Positions 37,064-46,742 of a DNA stretch of 64,000 bases are shown piece by piece. Each line of letters begins with the position of its first letter. Positions within the stretch are counted from its first letter, which is position 1. Below the pieces are notes generated by a model, which worked only from the letters and a program-made list of their open reading frames with translations, ran no database searches and was not told the origin of the DNA. This DNA comes from Promethearchaeota archaeon (GTDB lineage: Archaea; Asgardarchaeota; Hermodarchaeia; Hermodarchaeales; Hermodarchaeaceae). A program made the position numbers and the translations under genes. Where the stretch lies: positions 74 through 64,073 of the forward strand of contig JBHLPR010000007.1 of assembly GCA_048939245.1 (NCBI GenBank). Reading direction: 5' to 3'.

Positions 37064-38188
37064 ATGGCTAATAAGAAGCCGCGGAAACAGTTTGTAAACC
37101 CGCTTCTCGTTGCTTGTTTGGGCTGTCTTTTAATTGGATATAGCTTAGTGTACCCTATTTACTTGGTTTCAAATGGGAGTCCACGATATGCTTGGGAGGG
37201 TTTACAATACGATTCGCTGCAACCAATTTACGGGATTGTATCTAGCGATAGTCAGAACTATAATTTTGAATTTGAGCCCTCAGGACTTTATGAATTGACG
37301 GTTGAAGTCCGGAACTTCTACACTAATGGCACCCCCGTACACATTGTTTGTACATCTGATGGTGAACTTACAACGCTTACAGATTTTTATAATGTCACAG
37401 CTGAACCAGTCAATGAGACATTCTCGTTCCATTATTCATCCCAGATCTTAATCACCGTCGAATATGCTGGGAATATAACCTTCTTTTCAGGTTGGGTAAT
37501 AGTCCAAGGGATTCGATACCCCCCACCAATACCTCCTCCTCCCTATCCTGTGTTGTACACCCTTAGTCCATTTATCGCTGGCTTAGTCGCTCTCGGTTTG
37601 GCTTTATATTGGTATCGGGCTGAGAAGCGAAATAACGCCTCAAGGAAGTGGGACCAAGCCCTCATATTTTGCACTCTTGGAGTATTACTCCTTACTTTGA
37701 GCTTTCCCTCCGTGGTGTGCCCTCACTATTATCTCTATTACCATAGTTCGGAATACACTGATTTTGGAGAATTTTCAGCCCCGGTAACGCAAACCGTGCC
37801 CCGTGTTAATTTGACACTGACCGGGCTGACTCAAAGTGAGGTAGCGCTTTATGGGTTCCATGTCACATGGTCATCAGTGACGGTCCATGTTTATTCGTTG
37901 GATGGATCGATAAACTATACGTGGAATTATGTAAATTCACAATACCCTGGCTATCAGACTCTCGTGTTTGATACTTATGGTGACACTGTTATTGAGGTGA
38001 TTCGTGAAGCAGAAGATACCGCATTCAGTTGCTGGGCAATAGCAAGTCATCGACCAGTGGAGGTTCTCCAAACTCATGCCGGGGCTTATGCCCCCTTTGC
38101 GATCGGATTCCTCATTTCTGGTGTTATTTTCTTAGTAACTGGTGTTCACTTTGCTACGAAGGGATTCCGAGAGCCATCTAAATTTTAA
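37064..38188 (+). CDS. Hypothetical membrane protein with two beta-rich ectodomains and a poly-Pro stalk
   Basis: ATG 37064. N-terminal TM helix, N-glycosylation-sequon-rich domain, RYPPPIPPPPYP followed by TM helices, a second beta-rich domain and a C-terminal TM helix. Confidence 0.6.
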   Translation: MANKKPRKQFVNPLLVACLGCLLIGYSLVYPIYLVSNGSPRYAWEGLQYDSLQPIYGIVSSDSQNYNFEFEPSGLYELTVEVRNFYTNGTPVHIVCTSDGELTTLTDFYNVTAEPVNETFSFHYSSQILITVEYAGNITFFSGWVIVQGIRYPPPIPPPPYPVLYTLSPFIAGLVALGLALYWYRAEKRNNASRKWDQALIFCTLGVLLLTLSFPSVVCPHYYLYYHSSEYTDFGEFSAPVTQTVPRVNLTLTGLTQSEVALYGFHVTWSSVTVHVYSLDGSINYTWNYVNSQYPGYQTLVFDTYGDTVIEVIREAEDTAFSCWAIASHRPVEVLQTHAGAYAPFAIGFLISGVIFLVTGVHFATKGFREPSKF

Positions 38189-38239
38189 TTGATTAATGGG
38201 CTTATGATATTTTATTCTTTGACAGCACTTTTTACCATT

Positions 38240-38740
38240 TTACTCCAAAGCTGCTTCTTTTTTCAGTCTTAGTAAGTGTTGGTATTGCCACTCTCGTTCG
38301 TTAGCTACGGCTTCGTATGTATGAGCGGCATTTGTAGCTCTATAGATAGCTTGTAGGACATAAATTGTCGAACCGATAGCATGCGTTGGAATATGTGCGG
38401 TTGCCACTGCTTGACCTGCGGCACGGGCCGAAGAGCGAGCTGCACTATCTTTTCCCACTTCACGGGCAGCGGCATGAGCATCAAGGGAAGCCTTACGTAT
38501 AACAGCCATCTTAAACACCCCGGTCTTTATCCATGTCTTGAGCGTTTCAATCGCTTTTCGAGGCCGATGGTCTTCTGGATATTCTTTTTCAAAATATGGT
38601 AAAACACGCTCAACGCAATCGATTGCCCAGACTGCCAATGTTTTCTGGTCAGTTGCTTTCACAAGTGTGACAATTCGTTCGTCTTTTCTATAGTGTGCAA
38701 GTGAGAATTTTGGTTTCTGTGTTTGTGTTTCACCATTCAC
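38240..38740 (-). CDS. Imm-5-like putative immunity-family protein
   Basis: Helical repeat pattern LAVWAIDCVERVLPYFE...DHRPRKAIETLKTWIKTG...AHAAAREV...ARAAGQAVATAH, recalled from the Imm-5-like family. Not searched. Confidence 0.5.
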   Translation of the reverse strand: MNGETQTQKPKFSLAHYRKDERIVTLVKATDQKTLAVWAIDCVERVLPYFEKEYPEDHRPRKAIETLKTWIKTGVFKMAVIRKASLDAHAAAREVGKDSAARSSARAAGQAVATAHIPTHAIGSTIYVLQAIYRATNAAHTYEAVANEREWQYQHLLRLKKEAALE

Positions 38741-38786
38741 ATTAATTCCTCATTGTGTCTCTTTGTTTTCATTCAATAGTGTTATT

Positions 38787-39374
38787 ATGGGACTAGATTG
38801 GTTTGAGTACAAGAAACAATTGCATCCACCTCTGCTGGTGAAATCAGTGGTTGAGCTCCGAATTTATGGGTTTACCAACACACCTCGAAATCTGTTGGTT
38901 GCACTCAAAAAGAGCATCGATAATCAATATTCATCCCTTTTTACTCCAGTAAGTGTACATCCGGATTTGTTGCCACTTCCTGAAGAAGGCTATGATTCAC
39001 AGCGTCGCCAATATTTGGCTGAACCATTTCTCAAAGTCCTTGATGACGTTGTGGCACCCACTTTGCATGCTCTAGCTTTAGTAAATCTTGATCTTTTTGT
39101 TTCACGCCTGAATTTCATTTTCGGACTTGCACAGGTTGGTGGGAATGCCCTTGTGGCACTACCACGGCTCAAGCCCAGCTTTTATCAACTTCCCTCCGAT
39201 GATGCACTATATTTTCAGCGCATTGTAATCGAGGCATTACATGAGCTCGGACATGTGCTCGGCCTTGGGCATTGTGAAAATTACTGTGTCATGCGTTTTT
39301 CAAATACGCTCGCTGATACAGATCAAAAGCCAGCCAAATATTGTAGAACCTGTTTTCAAAAACTAGTACGCTGA
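38787..39374 (+). CDS. amzA: Archaemetzincin (peptidase M54)
   Basis: Diagnostic HELGHVLGLGHCENYCVMRFSNTLADTD-x7-CRTC motif (HExxHxxGxxH plus a Cys4 zinc site). Confidence 0.85.
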   Translation: MGLDWFEYKKQLHPPLLVKSVVELRIYGFTNTPRNLLVALKKSIDNQYSSLFTPVSVHPDLLPLPEEGYDSQRRQYLAEPFLKVLDDVVAPTLHALALVNLDLFVSRLNFIFGLAQVGGNALVALPRLKPSFYQLPSDDALYFQRIVIEALHELGHVLGLGHCENYCVMRFSNTLADTDQKPAKYCRTCFQKLVR

Positions 39375-39521
39375 GGGGGCTCATTGGGTACCGACTAATA
39401 TTGGACTTGGTAAATACCTGCGAATCAATAATGATGGCTTTCTATGCTTTTTGAAAAGGAACTTATCGGCTATGATATATATGGTGAAATTCCAATCATT
39501 GCGTGACTTCTTGAATTATTG

Positions 39522-40673
39522 ATGGGTGAAAACATGACTGAATCGAACACTTCTCTCTGCCAGAATATTACCGACTTCGCAATTGATTTATTTCATCAAC
39601 TTCGATCTCAGAAAGGAAACCTCTTCTATTCTCCCTTCAGTATTGCGACAGCGTTAACCCTGGCCTATGCTGGTGCAAAAGGAGCGACTGCGTCACAAAT
39701 GGAGCAAGGTCTCCGGTTGACTCTGCCAGCCGAAGATATTCATCCTGCCTACCAAGCATTAATGGCTCAGCTGCATGACCACTCAGCAACACCTAGCTTC
39801 AAGCTCAAGACAGCTAACGCCCTCTGGATACAGAAAGGGCTAATCCTTCTTCCAAAGTATCTAGACGTGGTCAACAAATACTACGGTAAATCGCTTTTTA
39901 CCCTCAATTTTCAAGATGCTGAACAAGCCTCTAGTCGGATTAACGAATGGGTCAAAGAACGCACCAATGGACTCATCAAGAACCTGGTAACACCCGCAAC
40001 TGTAGCGACTTTTACTGCACTTGTGCTAACCAACGCCATTTACTTCAAGGGTTTATGGGCATCACAGTTCAAAGAAGGCAATACGCAGACTGCACCATTT
40101 ACCCTAATAACTGGTGATGACATTCAGGCTCCAATGATGTATCAAACAGGGCAGTTTGGATATTTTGAGGGTTCTGGGTTTCAAATTCTCGAAATGCCTT
40201 ATCACGGACAACAGCTATCTATGGTAATTCTTCTTCCGCAAAGTGGAACTAAGTTCACAGATTTTCAGAACGAGGTTACATCTGCAAAACTCTCTGAGTG
40301 GCTATCGAAAATTCATTTTCGCCAAGTCCGCGTTTATCTGCCACGCTATAGGTTACGTATGGAGGTTGAACTAACTTCTTCGCTACAGGCCTTGGGAATT
40401 ATTGATGCGTTCTCTCAAATGAAAGCTGATTTTTCAGGAATAAGTGCATTTCCCTCACTTTTTCTTACTGCTGTTCTGCATAAAGCCCTTATCGAAGTGA
40501 ATGAGGAAGGAACTGAAGCCGCCGCTGCAACCGCTGTAATCATTGCTCCAACAGGCATTGGAACCGAACCGGCTATTCCTGTTTTTCGGGCAGACCGTCC
40601 GTTCATTTTCTTGATTCGTGATATACGTACAAATACAATCTTGTTCATGGGGCGTCTAATGAATCCAAAATGA
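39522..40673 (+). CDS. Serpin (inhibitory-type hinge, no signal peptide)
   Basis: Serpin blocks NLFYSPFSI, NAIYFKGLW, LSMVILLP, the reactive-centre-loop hinge EEGTEAAAATA (nt 40503 onward) and the serpin signature FRADRPFIFLIRD. Confidence 0.9.
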   Translation: MGENMTESNTSLCQNITDFAIDLFHQLRSQKGNLFYSPFSIATALTLAYAGAKGATASQMEQGLRLTLPAEDIHPAYQALMAQLHDHSATPSFKLKTANALWIQKGLILLPKYLDVVNKYYGKSLFTLNFQDAEQASSRINEWVKERTNGLIKNLVTPATVATFTALVLTNAIYFKGLWASQFKEGNTQTAPFTLITGDDIQAPMMYQTGQFGYFEGSGFQILEMPYHGQQLSMVILLPQSGTKFTDFQNEVTSAKLSEWLSKIHFRQVRVYLPRYRLRMEVELTSSLQALGIIDAFSQMKADFSGISAFPSLFLTAVLHKALIEVNEEGTEAAAATAVIIAPTGIGTEPAIPVFRADRPFIFLIRDIRTNTILFMGRLMNPK

Positions 40674-40885
40674 ACTGATTAGAAGACTACAAATTGCACG
40701 TTAAGCATTGGCATCTTTGATCACGTTGTTGCACTTATCTTCTGTCCTCTGCTTATGACACTTCACCTGCATTTATATGGCAAATCAGTTTTTACCCAGC
40801 TCGTAGAAATAAGATCACAACTAAGATGTGATACATCTAGTCGCTTGAAGACCAAGTAAAAATTACATGTTGGGAAAAAACGAAA

Positions 40886-41764
40886 ATGCGCATCCGATCG
40901 TTTCAAATAACGGATAAACCTGCAATCATAGAAATTTCTAAGCATACCTGGGGGGGTTATGATCAGCTTCCATATGAATTGGACGGACTCGTAGCGAACC
41001 CGAATTCTTACTTGTATGTGTTGGAACATAAGGGTCGTGTAGTTGCATTTGCGAATCTCAACATCATCGATGGCGGAAAGACGGGTTGGATGGAACATAT
41101 GCGAGTCCATTACCGCTATCGAAAACGAGGATTCGCATGGGCTATGACCCAGCATCTTCTTTCAGAAGCCGAAGGGTTGAATATCGAAAGGTTACGACTA
41201 GCCACCACTATCGAAAATGACGCGACACAGCGAATTACCAACCGGATTGGTATGCAGCAGATTCTTCAGATGAAGCTTTTTTGGAAAGATAATTTTCGGG
41301 GCATCCGCTGGAAAGACGCCTCTATTAACATTGAACCCTGTACAGTTGAAGACGCATATGCGCTTCTAAAAACTCAGCCAAATCTCATTCCAAAAAGTAT
41401 TCTCATCTATTATTGGCATGCCTTTGATCTAACGAAGGCTTATCTCATCTCGCTCAGGGAGCAATTCCAATTGTGGAAGGGAGAAGTAAATGGGAAATTA
41501 AGGACTTTGATCTTCGCATATGTGAAAAACCATGCACATACACCACTTTGGTGTTCAACCATTTATGCGTTAGATGACTCCTCCTTTTATTCAGCTCTCT
41601 CCCAACAGCTTCAAGGCGCAAAGAAGGCTTCGGCACGAAGCGTGTTATGTTTTCATTCATCACCGTTTCAGGGTGCGAACAAAATTCCAGGGCTAAAGCG
41701 TAACACATTCTCGAGTATCCTAGTATTGCTAGAAAAGCAACGTCCCTTTCTCCATCCTCGTTAA
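40886..41764 (+). CDS. GNAT family N-acetyltransferase with C-terminal extension
   Basis: GNAT motif A region RVHYRYRKRGFAWAMTQHLL and a ...NDATQRITNRIGM block. Confidence 0.75.
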   Translation: MRIRSFQITDKPAIIEISKHTWGGYDQLPYELDGLVANPNSYLYVLEHKGRVVAFANLNIIDGGKTGWMEHMRVHYRYRKRGFAWAMTQHLLSEAEGLNIERLRLATTIENDATQRITNRIGMQQILQMKLFWKDNFRGIRWKDASINIEPCTVEDAYALLKTQPNLIPKSILIYYWHAFDLTKAYLISLREQFQLWKGEVNGKLRTLIFAYVKNHAHTPLWCSTIYALDDSSFYSALSQQLQGAKKASARSVLCFHSSPFQGANKIPGLKRNTFSSILVLLEKQRPFLHPR

Positions 41765-41842
41765 GAACTGCCCGATTCCAATAACTAAAAAGGATGAATT
41801 CTGTAGCCTTACATAGTATAATGTATTGGAGATGTGATGTGA

Positions 41843-42325
41843 ATGGGTGATGCCCAAACTGCTTCAACACTTACATTTGTTGCCGCTATTCTTCAAATCA
41901 TTTTCAGTCTGATAGCTCTTATAGTCGGTTTTCTAATAGTCGGTCTTCTGTATCTGCCATTCGTATACGACCCTTATTTCCTACCCATGATGGGGCTTTT
42001 CATTCTTCTTCCTCTAATTATCTTCGGTGTTTTTGGTGTTGTCGGGTTGGTTTTTGGGCTTCTCTGGCTAAACTGGCGTCACTTTCCCAGCGAGCACAAA
42101 ACTGGGTTAATCGTATCAGGAGTTTTATCACTCATCTTTTCAAGTGGTTTTATACCCGGCATTCTTACAATCATAGCCGGTGCAATCGCGCCTTCTCCAT
42201 CAGCATATCAAGGTTATGCACCTGTTAAACCTCCTATAGCCCAACCACGCACACGTTGTCCGCATTGTGGTGCAAATGTAACGCGACAAGATCGCTTCTG
42301 CTGGCGTTGCGGCGCTCAACTGTAG
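41843..42325 (+). CDS. Small multi-TM membrane protein with C-terminal zinc ribbon; paralog of 56166-56528
   Basis: Four hydrophobic helices. Shares the block WLNWRHFP...GFIPGILTIIAGAI with the paralog. C-terminal CPHCG-x10-CWRCG. Confidence 0.6.
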   Translation: MGDAQTASTLTFVAAILQIIFSLIALIVGFLIVGLLYLPFVYDPYFLPMMGLFILLPLIIFGVFGVVGLVFGLLWLNWRHFPSEHKTGLIVSGVLSLIFSSGFIPGILTIIAGAIAPSPSAYQGYAPVKPPIAQPRTRCPHCGANVTRQDRFCWRCGAQL

Positions 42326-42431
42326 AAGACTCGGGCTCTATTCATCTTTGCATGACTTGATGCTATAATCACTTTTCTACTTGAAGTGCAGTAATTACAC
42401 ATGTAAACAAGCCTCATGGATTATTCCAGCG

Positions 42432-42776
42432 ATGTTAATTGACGAGTACGAATTTGGAAAAATTACTATCAACGGGGAGACCTATCACACTGATGTGCTG
42501 ATATTTCGTGACCGTGTCCGTGACCAATGGTGGCGACAGAAGGGTCATGAATTACGCATCGAAGATATCAAATGTGTGTTAGCTGCGCACCCAGAGCTGC
42601 TCATCGTTGGTACTGGATTCACTGGACTGCTTCGAATACCTGAAAAAACCAGCAAAGAATTACACAAGCATAAAATCAAACTGATCGCAAAGAAAACGCC
42701 AGAAGCATGCACGCTCTCCAATTCCCTGATGAAAGCGGATCGAAATGTGGTATCTGCCCTTCATATAACCTGTTAA
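42432..42776 (+). CDS. MTH938/NDUFAF3-like (DUF498) domain protein
   Basis: IDEYEFGKITINGETYHTDVLIF...PELLIVGTG pattern of the family. ATG 42432 is preferred over the upstream TTG. Confidence 0.6.
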   Translation: MLIDEYEFGKITINGETYHTDVLIFRDRVRDQWWRQKGHELRIEDIKCVLAAHPELLIVGTGFTGLLRIPEKTSKELHKHKIKLIAKKTPEACTLSNSLMKADRNVVSALHITC

Positions 42777-42985
42777 CATATTACAGACTAAATTCGACTT
42801 GCTAGACTCAAGCGAATAAAAACTAAAATTAACTTGGTTTTTCCTCTTTATGCAAGCATAGTAATTTTGTACTTGACTAAACCACTTTTGAATCTGCAAA
42901 TATGCACTTTTCGTTTTTGTGGGGGTGCCTCCACGAATGTCTTCTTATTCGAGTTTTTCCACCAAATGTTTAGGGTGTTATTAAG

Positions 42986-43585
42986 ATGTTTCTAGTTACG
43001 GATGTGAAGAAAGCTTGGAATATAATCGCTCAACCCCAAAGCACCTTTGAGACTGAAAAGAAAGTTGAAGGCTTTTGGTCAGTTCTACGCTGGTTTTTAG
43101 TTCTCAACATAGTTCTAGCGGTATTGACTCCCCTTGTAAGTTGGTTTGGTTTTCCTGCAAACATCATTCATTCAGGAACGAATGCACAAATGGGTGCTTA
43201 TATCTACGCTCCGCTTCTTGAAACGATAACCGGTCTCTCTCGATATTTCTGGGTGGGTCTCCTCACCTATATACTGAATGTTCTCAAATTTCCCCTAATC
43301 GGATTGATTTATCACATTATTGCAAAACTTCTTCGTGGTTCAGGAACGCTTCTAGATTCATTCAAAGTGGGAATTTATGCGGTTGCTCCCACACTTGTAT
43401 TTGGATGGATCCCCTATTTTGGGTTAATCTCTGGATTATGGGCAGGGTATCTGTATGTTGTTGCTTTGAATAGACTCCATGAGATTTCTTTTGGTCCAGG
43501 AATCACGGTGGTTAATTTCTTCATTGGAATACAAGTTGTATGGGCATTCACTTTTGGTTGGTTTGGTAGTATCATGCCTTGGTAG
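42986..43585 (+). CDS. Yip1-domain family membrane protein
   Basis: Five TM helices with the N-terminal soluble segment typical of prokaryotic Yip1-domain proteins. Motif-level recognition only. Confidence 0.5.
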   Translation: MFLVTDVKKAWNIIAQPQSTFETEKKVEGFWSVLRWFLVLNIVLAVLTPLVSWFGFPANIIHSGTNAQMGAYIYAPLLETITGLSRYFWVGLLTYILNVLKFPLIGLIYHIIAKLLRGSGTLLDSFKVGIYAVAPTLVFGWIPYFGLISGLWAGYLYVVALNRLHEISFGPGITVVNFFIGIQVVWAFTFGWFGSIMPW

Positions 43586-43726
43586 AATCTCTTCAAATTG
43601 AAACGCTTAGTATGCTTAGCAGGTTATCATTCAAGGCTCTAAGTTCTACATAATTCTCCAAAAACTGTCATATGTCTTGTTTAAATAACAAAACCACGCA
43701 AAGAATGAGTTTACGAGGGACTACTA

Positions 43727-44959
43727 ATGGCAGAAATGAAACGTTCTAGTAAATATCTTTTCTTCCTCATCATTTTCATGGGTCTTGTGGGTCAAATGGA
43801 CGTCTGGCTCTCACTCATCGAAAGCTATGCTGCACCGTATATCCTTGCTGAAGCCGGGCTCACTGCCACTCCTTGGCTATTTGGGTTTTGGCAAGGTGTC
43901 TTTGGCGTCATTGTATTTCTAGTCTTCTTCATCGGCTGGTTCTCTGACTCCTTCGGGCGCAAAATCGGAATCCTGACGCTAGTTCTAGTAATGGGCATCC
44001 CCGCTGGGCTCATCATCTTAGTACCGACGATTGCCACCACAACCAACTTTCTCCTCTTCATTCTTCTCTACTCAATAGTCATTATGGGCACTACATCCAA
44101 TCTCTGGGAAGTGCCCATCACTGAAGAGTCCCCTGCAAAACACCGTGGGCTCTACAATAGTATCGCATTCCTCATCAGCGTCATTCCCCTCTATGCCCTA
44201 GTCGGTTCTACCGTTATCGAAGCATTAGGCTGGCGATGGGGTTACGGCATTATGGTTGTCCTCTTGATTATCCTCCTTGTTTTCTGGATTTTCATGAAGG
44301 AAACTACCCGCTGGAAAGACGCACAGGAAGGACGCGGAGAGAAACGTCTGGGCATTGTGGAAGCACTCAGGTCATTAGGACGCAGAGATGTCTTATATGT
44401 CGGTGTTGCCTCACTCGTCTATTTAATGTGGACTATTTCCTTCAAACTGGGCACAACATGGTCGGGCGTCTTTTTCACCAGCTTTATCACACCTGCTGAG
44501 TGGAGGACTATTCTCACAGTCGGTGGGTTAATGTTGCCTATCAGCGCGATAATCTCTGGTGTTTTACTCGAGAAATTAGGACGAAACTTCACACTCGTCC
44601 TTGGCACACTCGGGTCAATTTTCTGCTTCATCGGACTTGGAATGACCTTTCTACCAGCCTTCTTCTGGGGTGTCTACTTCTTCATGGCAATGGTCCTAGC
44701 CTGGATCTACACTTACGTAACAGAAATCTTTCCAACTAAAGTACGCTCTTCAAGTATCGGGATTTCCGTCACAGCATCACGCCTTGGCTACATTCTAGCT
44801 CCACTGATTGCTGCCGTATTACTCTTCAATTTTCCAGGAAACTGGCTCATCTTCTGGGCTGTAGCAGCTTGCTTCATGATCTTTCCACTATTCTCATTCC
44901 TGACAAAGCCCTATGAAACAAAAGGAAAGGAACTTGAAACTATCGACGAAGAGAAGTAA
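43727..44959 (+). CDS. MFS transporter
   Basis: About 12 TM helices, with the MFS loop 2-3 motif SDSFGRKIGIL. Confidence 0.8.
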   Translation: MAEMKRSSKYLFFLIIFMGLVGQMDVWLSLIESYAAPYILAEAGLTATPWLFGFWQGVFGVIVFLVFFIGWFSDSFGRKIGILTLVLVMGIPAGLIILVPTIATTTNFLLFILLYSIVIMGTTSNLWEVPITEESPAKHRGLYNSIAFLISVIPLYALVGSTVIEALGWRWGYGIMVVLLIILLVFWIFMKETTRWKDAQEGRGEKRLGIVEALRSLGRRDVLYVGVASLVYLMWTISFKLGTTWSGVFFTSFITPAEWRTILTVGGLMLPISAIISGVLLEKLGRNFTLVLGTLGSIFCFIGLGMTFLPAFFWGVYFFMAMVLAWIYTYVTEIFPTKVRSSSIGISVTASRLGYILAPLIAAVLLFNFPGNWLIFWAVAACFMIFPLFSFLTKPYETKGKELETIDEEK

Positions 44960-44978
44960 CCTCAACACAACTAAAAAC

Positions 44979-45021
44979 GCCGGTTGGACTTGCATTCACC
45001 GGCTCCCTTCTTTTCTTTTTC
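44979..45021. terminator. Hairpin plus T-rich tract between convergent genes
   Basis: GCCGGT-13 nt-ACCGGC (44979-45003) followed by TCCCTTCTTTTCTTTTTC. Lies between the MFS stop and the NIF3-like stop. Confidence 0.3.
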
Positions 45022-45057
45022 TCGATACAGCTACTTCGAGGTATTGCTATACATTAA

Positions 45058-46011
45058 TCAGGTTCGCTTATGTCGAAAGAAACCAGAACATGCATATGGT
45101 TTGACACCCTTTTTCTCTAATTCGTCGAGAATTAGATTCATGCCAATAGAATCTGAGCTATCGTGACCAGCGATAACGACATAAATTCCTTCCTTTTCTG
45201 TTTCCTTTTTGAGGGCATCCGTCCAATGCATTGTGATTATAGTACTGACACCAGCACGCGCAAGTTTGGGAATGGATTCAGGTCCTGGGCTAGTTCCACC
45301 GGTGAAGAAAACGAATTTCTCACCCACACTCCCTTCAGAGTTCCCTATAAGAATTTCAGGACCTGCGCCTACCTTTTCTGCGGCTTGATATTCGGGAATT
45401 TCGAGTAGGATATCGACTAGGTCACCGAGGGTCATTGGATCTTGATCTTTGAGAAACTTGGTAAGGTATTGATAACCAAGAGAATCGGCCGGTGTGTGAG
45501 CACACATAAAGGGCATATCAAGTAGTCGTGCTGTGTCCATGGTTTGGGTGTGATTCCGGGCTTTTGTAGCCCAATGAACCTCTTTTAGTCGTTTTGCCAT
45601 TGCGGACTCGGCTTGCGCGATGGGAACGCCAACTTTCGCCCAATGTTCGGGTTGAAGCCGCATAACAAAGTCTAATCGTGAACTCCCAATACCGTGGGGG
45701 TGATGGGCTAGAACTAAATCGATTTTTTTCTCTTTATCTTCCAGTCGGTCTGCGAGTAGAATTTCTCCTGGAGTGATATCGATACCTGCTAACAGACTTT
45801 TAATTTCTCGTTCAGGGTCTCCATAGAGTAATCGGCAATCTGTGTAGGGGTTCCACATGACATCTTTATCGGCAAGGTCTTTCTTCTTGCCCTCCAGTTT
45901 TTCGAATTTCTTCTTTGATGCCTCAAGAACCTTTTGAACCTTCTTTTCGCCACGGGGATCCGCTTTTATCCCCATATCAACAATCATGTGATAAATGTCT
46001 CCGAGCTTCAT
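45058..46011 (-). CDS. NIF3-family (dinuclear metal centre) protein
   Basis: LVLAHHPHG, MCAHTPAD and VIAGHDSSDSIG blocks are consistent with the NIF3 His/Asp metal ligands. Confidence 0.6.
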   Translation of the reverse strand: MKLGDIYHMIVDMGIKADPRGEKKVQKVLEASKKKFEKLEGKKKDLADKDVMWNPYTDCRLLYGDPEREIKSLLAGIDITPGEILLADRLEDKEKKIDLVLAHHPHGIGSSRLDFVMRLQPEHWAKVGVPIAQAESAMAKRLKEVHWATKARNHTQTMDTARLLDMPFMCAHTPADSLGYQYLTKFLKDQDPMTLGDLVDILLEIPEYQAAEKVGAGPEILIGNSEGSVGEKFVFFTGGTSPGPESIPKLARAGVSTIITMHWTDALKKETEKEGIYVVIAGHDSSDSIGMNLILDELEKKGVKPYACSGFFRHKRT

Positions 46012-46072
46012 GACTTACGCGTAAATCTCCACTTGTTTGAATGTTTCGGATGCAAAAAGAAACGTGGACATA

Positions 46073-46687
46073 TTACCGTGTTGACTTTTTAGCTGATTCT
46101 TTGAGGATGCCTTTCTTCACTGCATCATCTAGTATTTCTTGTGTGTACTCCCACAATATCTTGGATCCAGTTTCCATATGCTTCTTTGCGTCGACGATTT
46201 GTGATTTGATGATGTTGTGAATTTTCCAAGATTGACCACCATTGAGGTATGCAAGGAGAAGAGGTTGCATTGAGTCAATAGTTCGTGCGTATCGTGCTTC
46301 AGGTGTGTCTTGGGCTTCAAACTCTTCCCATAATTTATGGAATTCTTGTTGTTGGTCAGACGGTAATAAGGCAAAAAGTCGGTTAGCTGCCTTCGTTTCC
46401 CGGTCGGTTTTATCCTTGGCATGCTCCATATCGTAGATGAAGGTGTCCCCTGCATCAACTTCTACGATATCATGGATGAGCAACATTTTGATGACTTTGA
46501 AAAGATTGATCGTGGGCTGATTGGCATATTCGCCCAGTATAACAGCCATAATCGCAATATGCCAGGAGTGCTCTGCATCCGTTTCTTTCCGGCTTGCATC
46601 TACCAGCCAAGACTCCCGAATTACTTGTTTCAGTTTGTCGGTTTCAGCGATGAAATCCATTTGTTTCGAAAGGCGAATAGGATTCAT
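46073..46687 (-). CDS. HD-domain phosphohydrolase (YfbR-like 5'-nucleotidase family)
   Basis: ETDAEHSWHIA ... LLIHDIVEVDAGD motifs. ATG 46687 is preferred, because the track extension to 46903 overlaps the upstream gene. Confidence 0.8.
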   Translation of the reverse strand: MNPIRLSKQMDFIAETDKLKQVIRESWLVDASRKETDAEHSWHIAIMAVILGEYANQPTINLFKVIKMLLIHDIVEVDAGDTFIYDMEHAKDKTDRETKAANRLFALLPSDQQQEFHKLWEEFEAQDTPEARYARTIDSMQPLLLAYLNGGQSWKIHNIIKSQIVDAKKHMETGSKILWEYTQEILDDAVKKGILKESAKKSTR

Positions 46688-46742
46688 ATAGAATAGGTGG
46701 GGTGAGGGTGCATATTGCTTTGCCGGACAATAAAGGGGATGG

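Noticed and set aside
40763-41155. 130-aa minus-strand ORF overlapping the GNAT gene start
   Set aside because: It is antisense to a well-supported GNAT gene and has no recognisable features.
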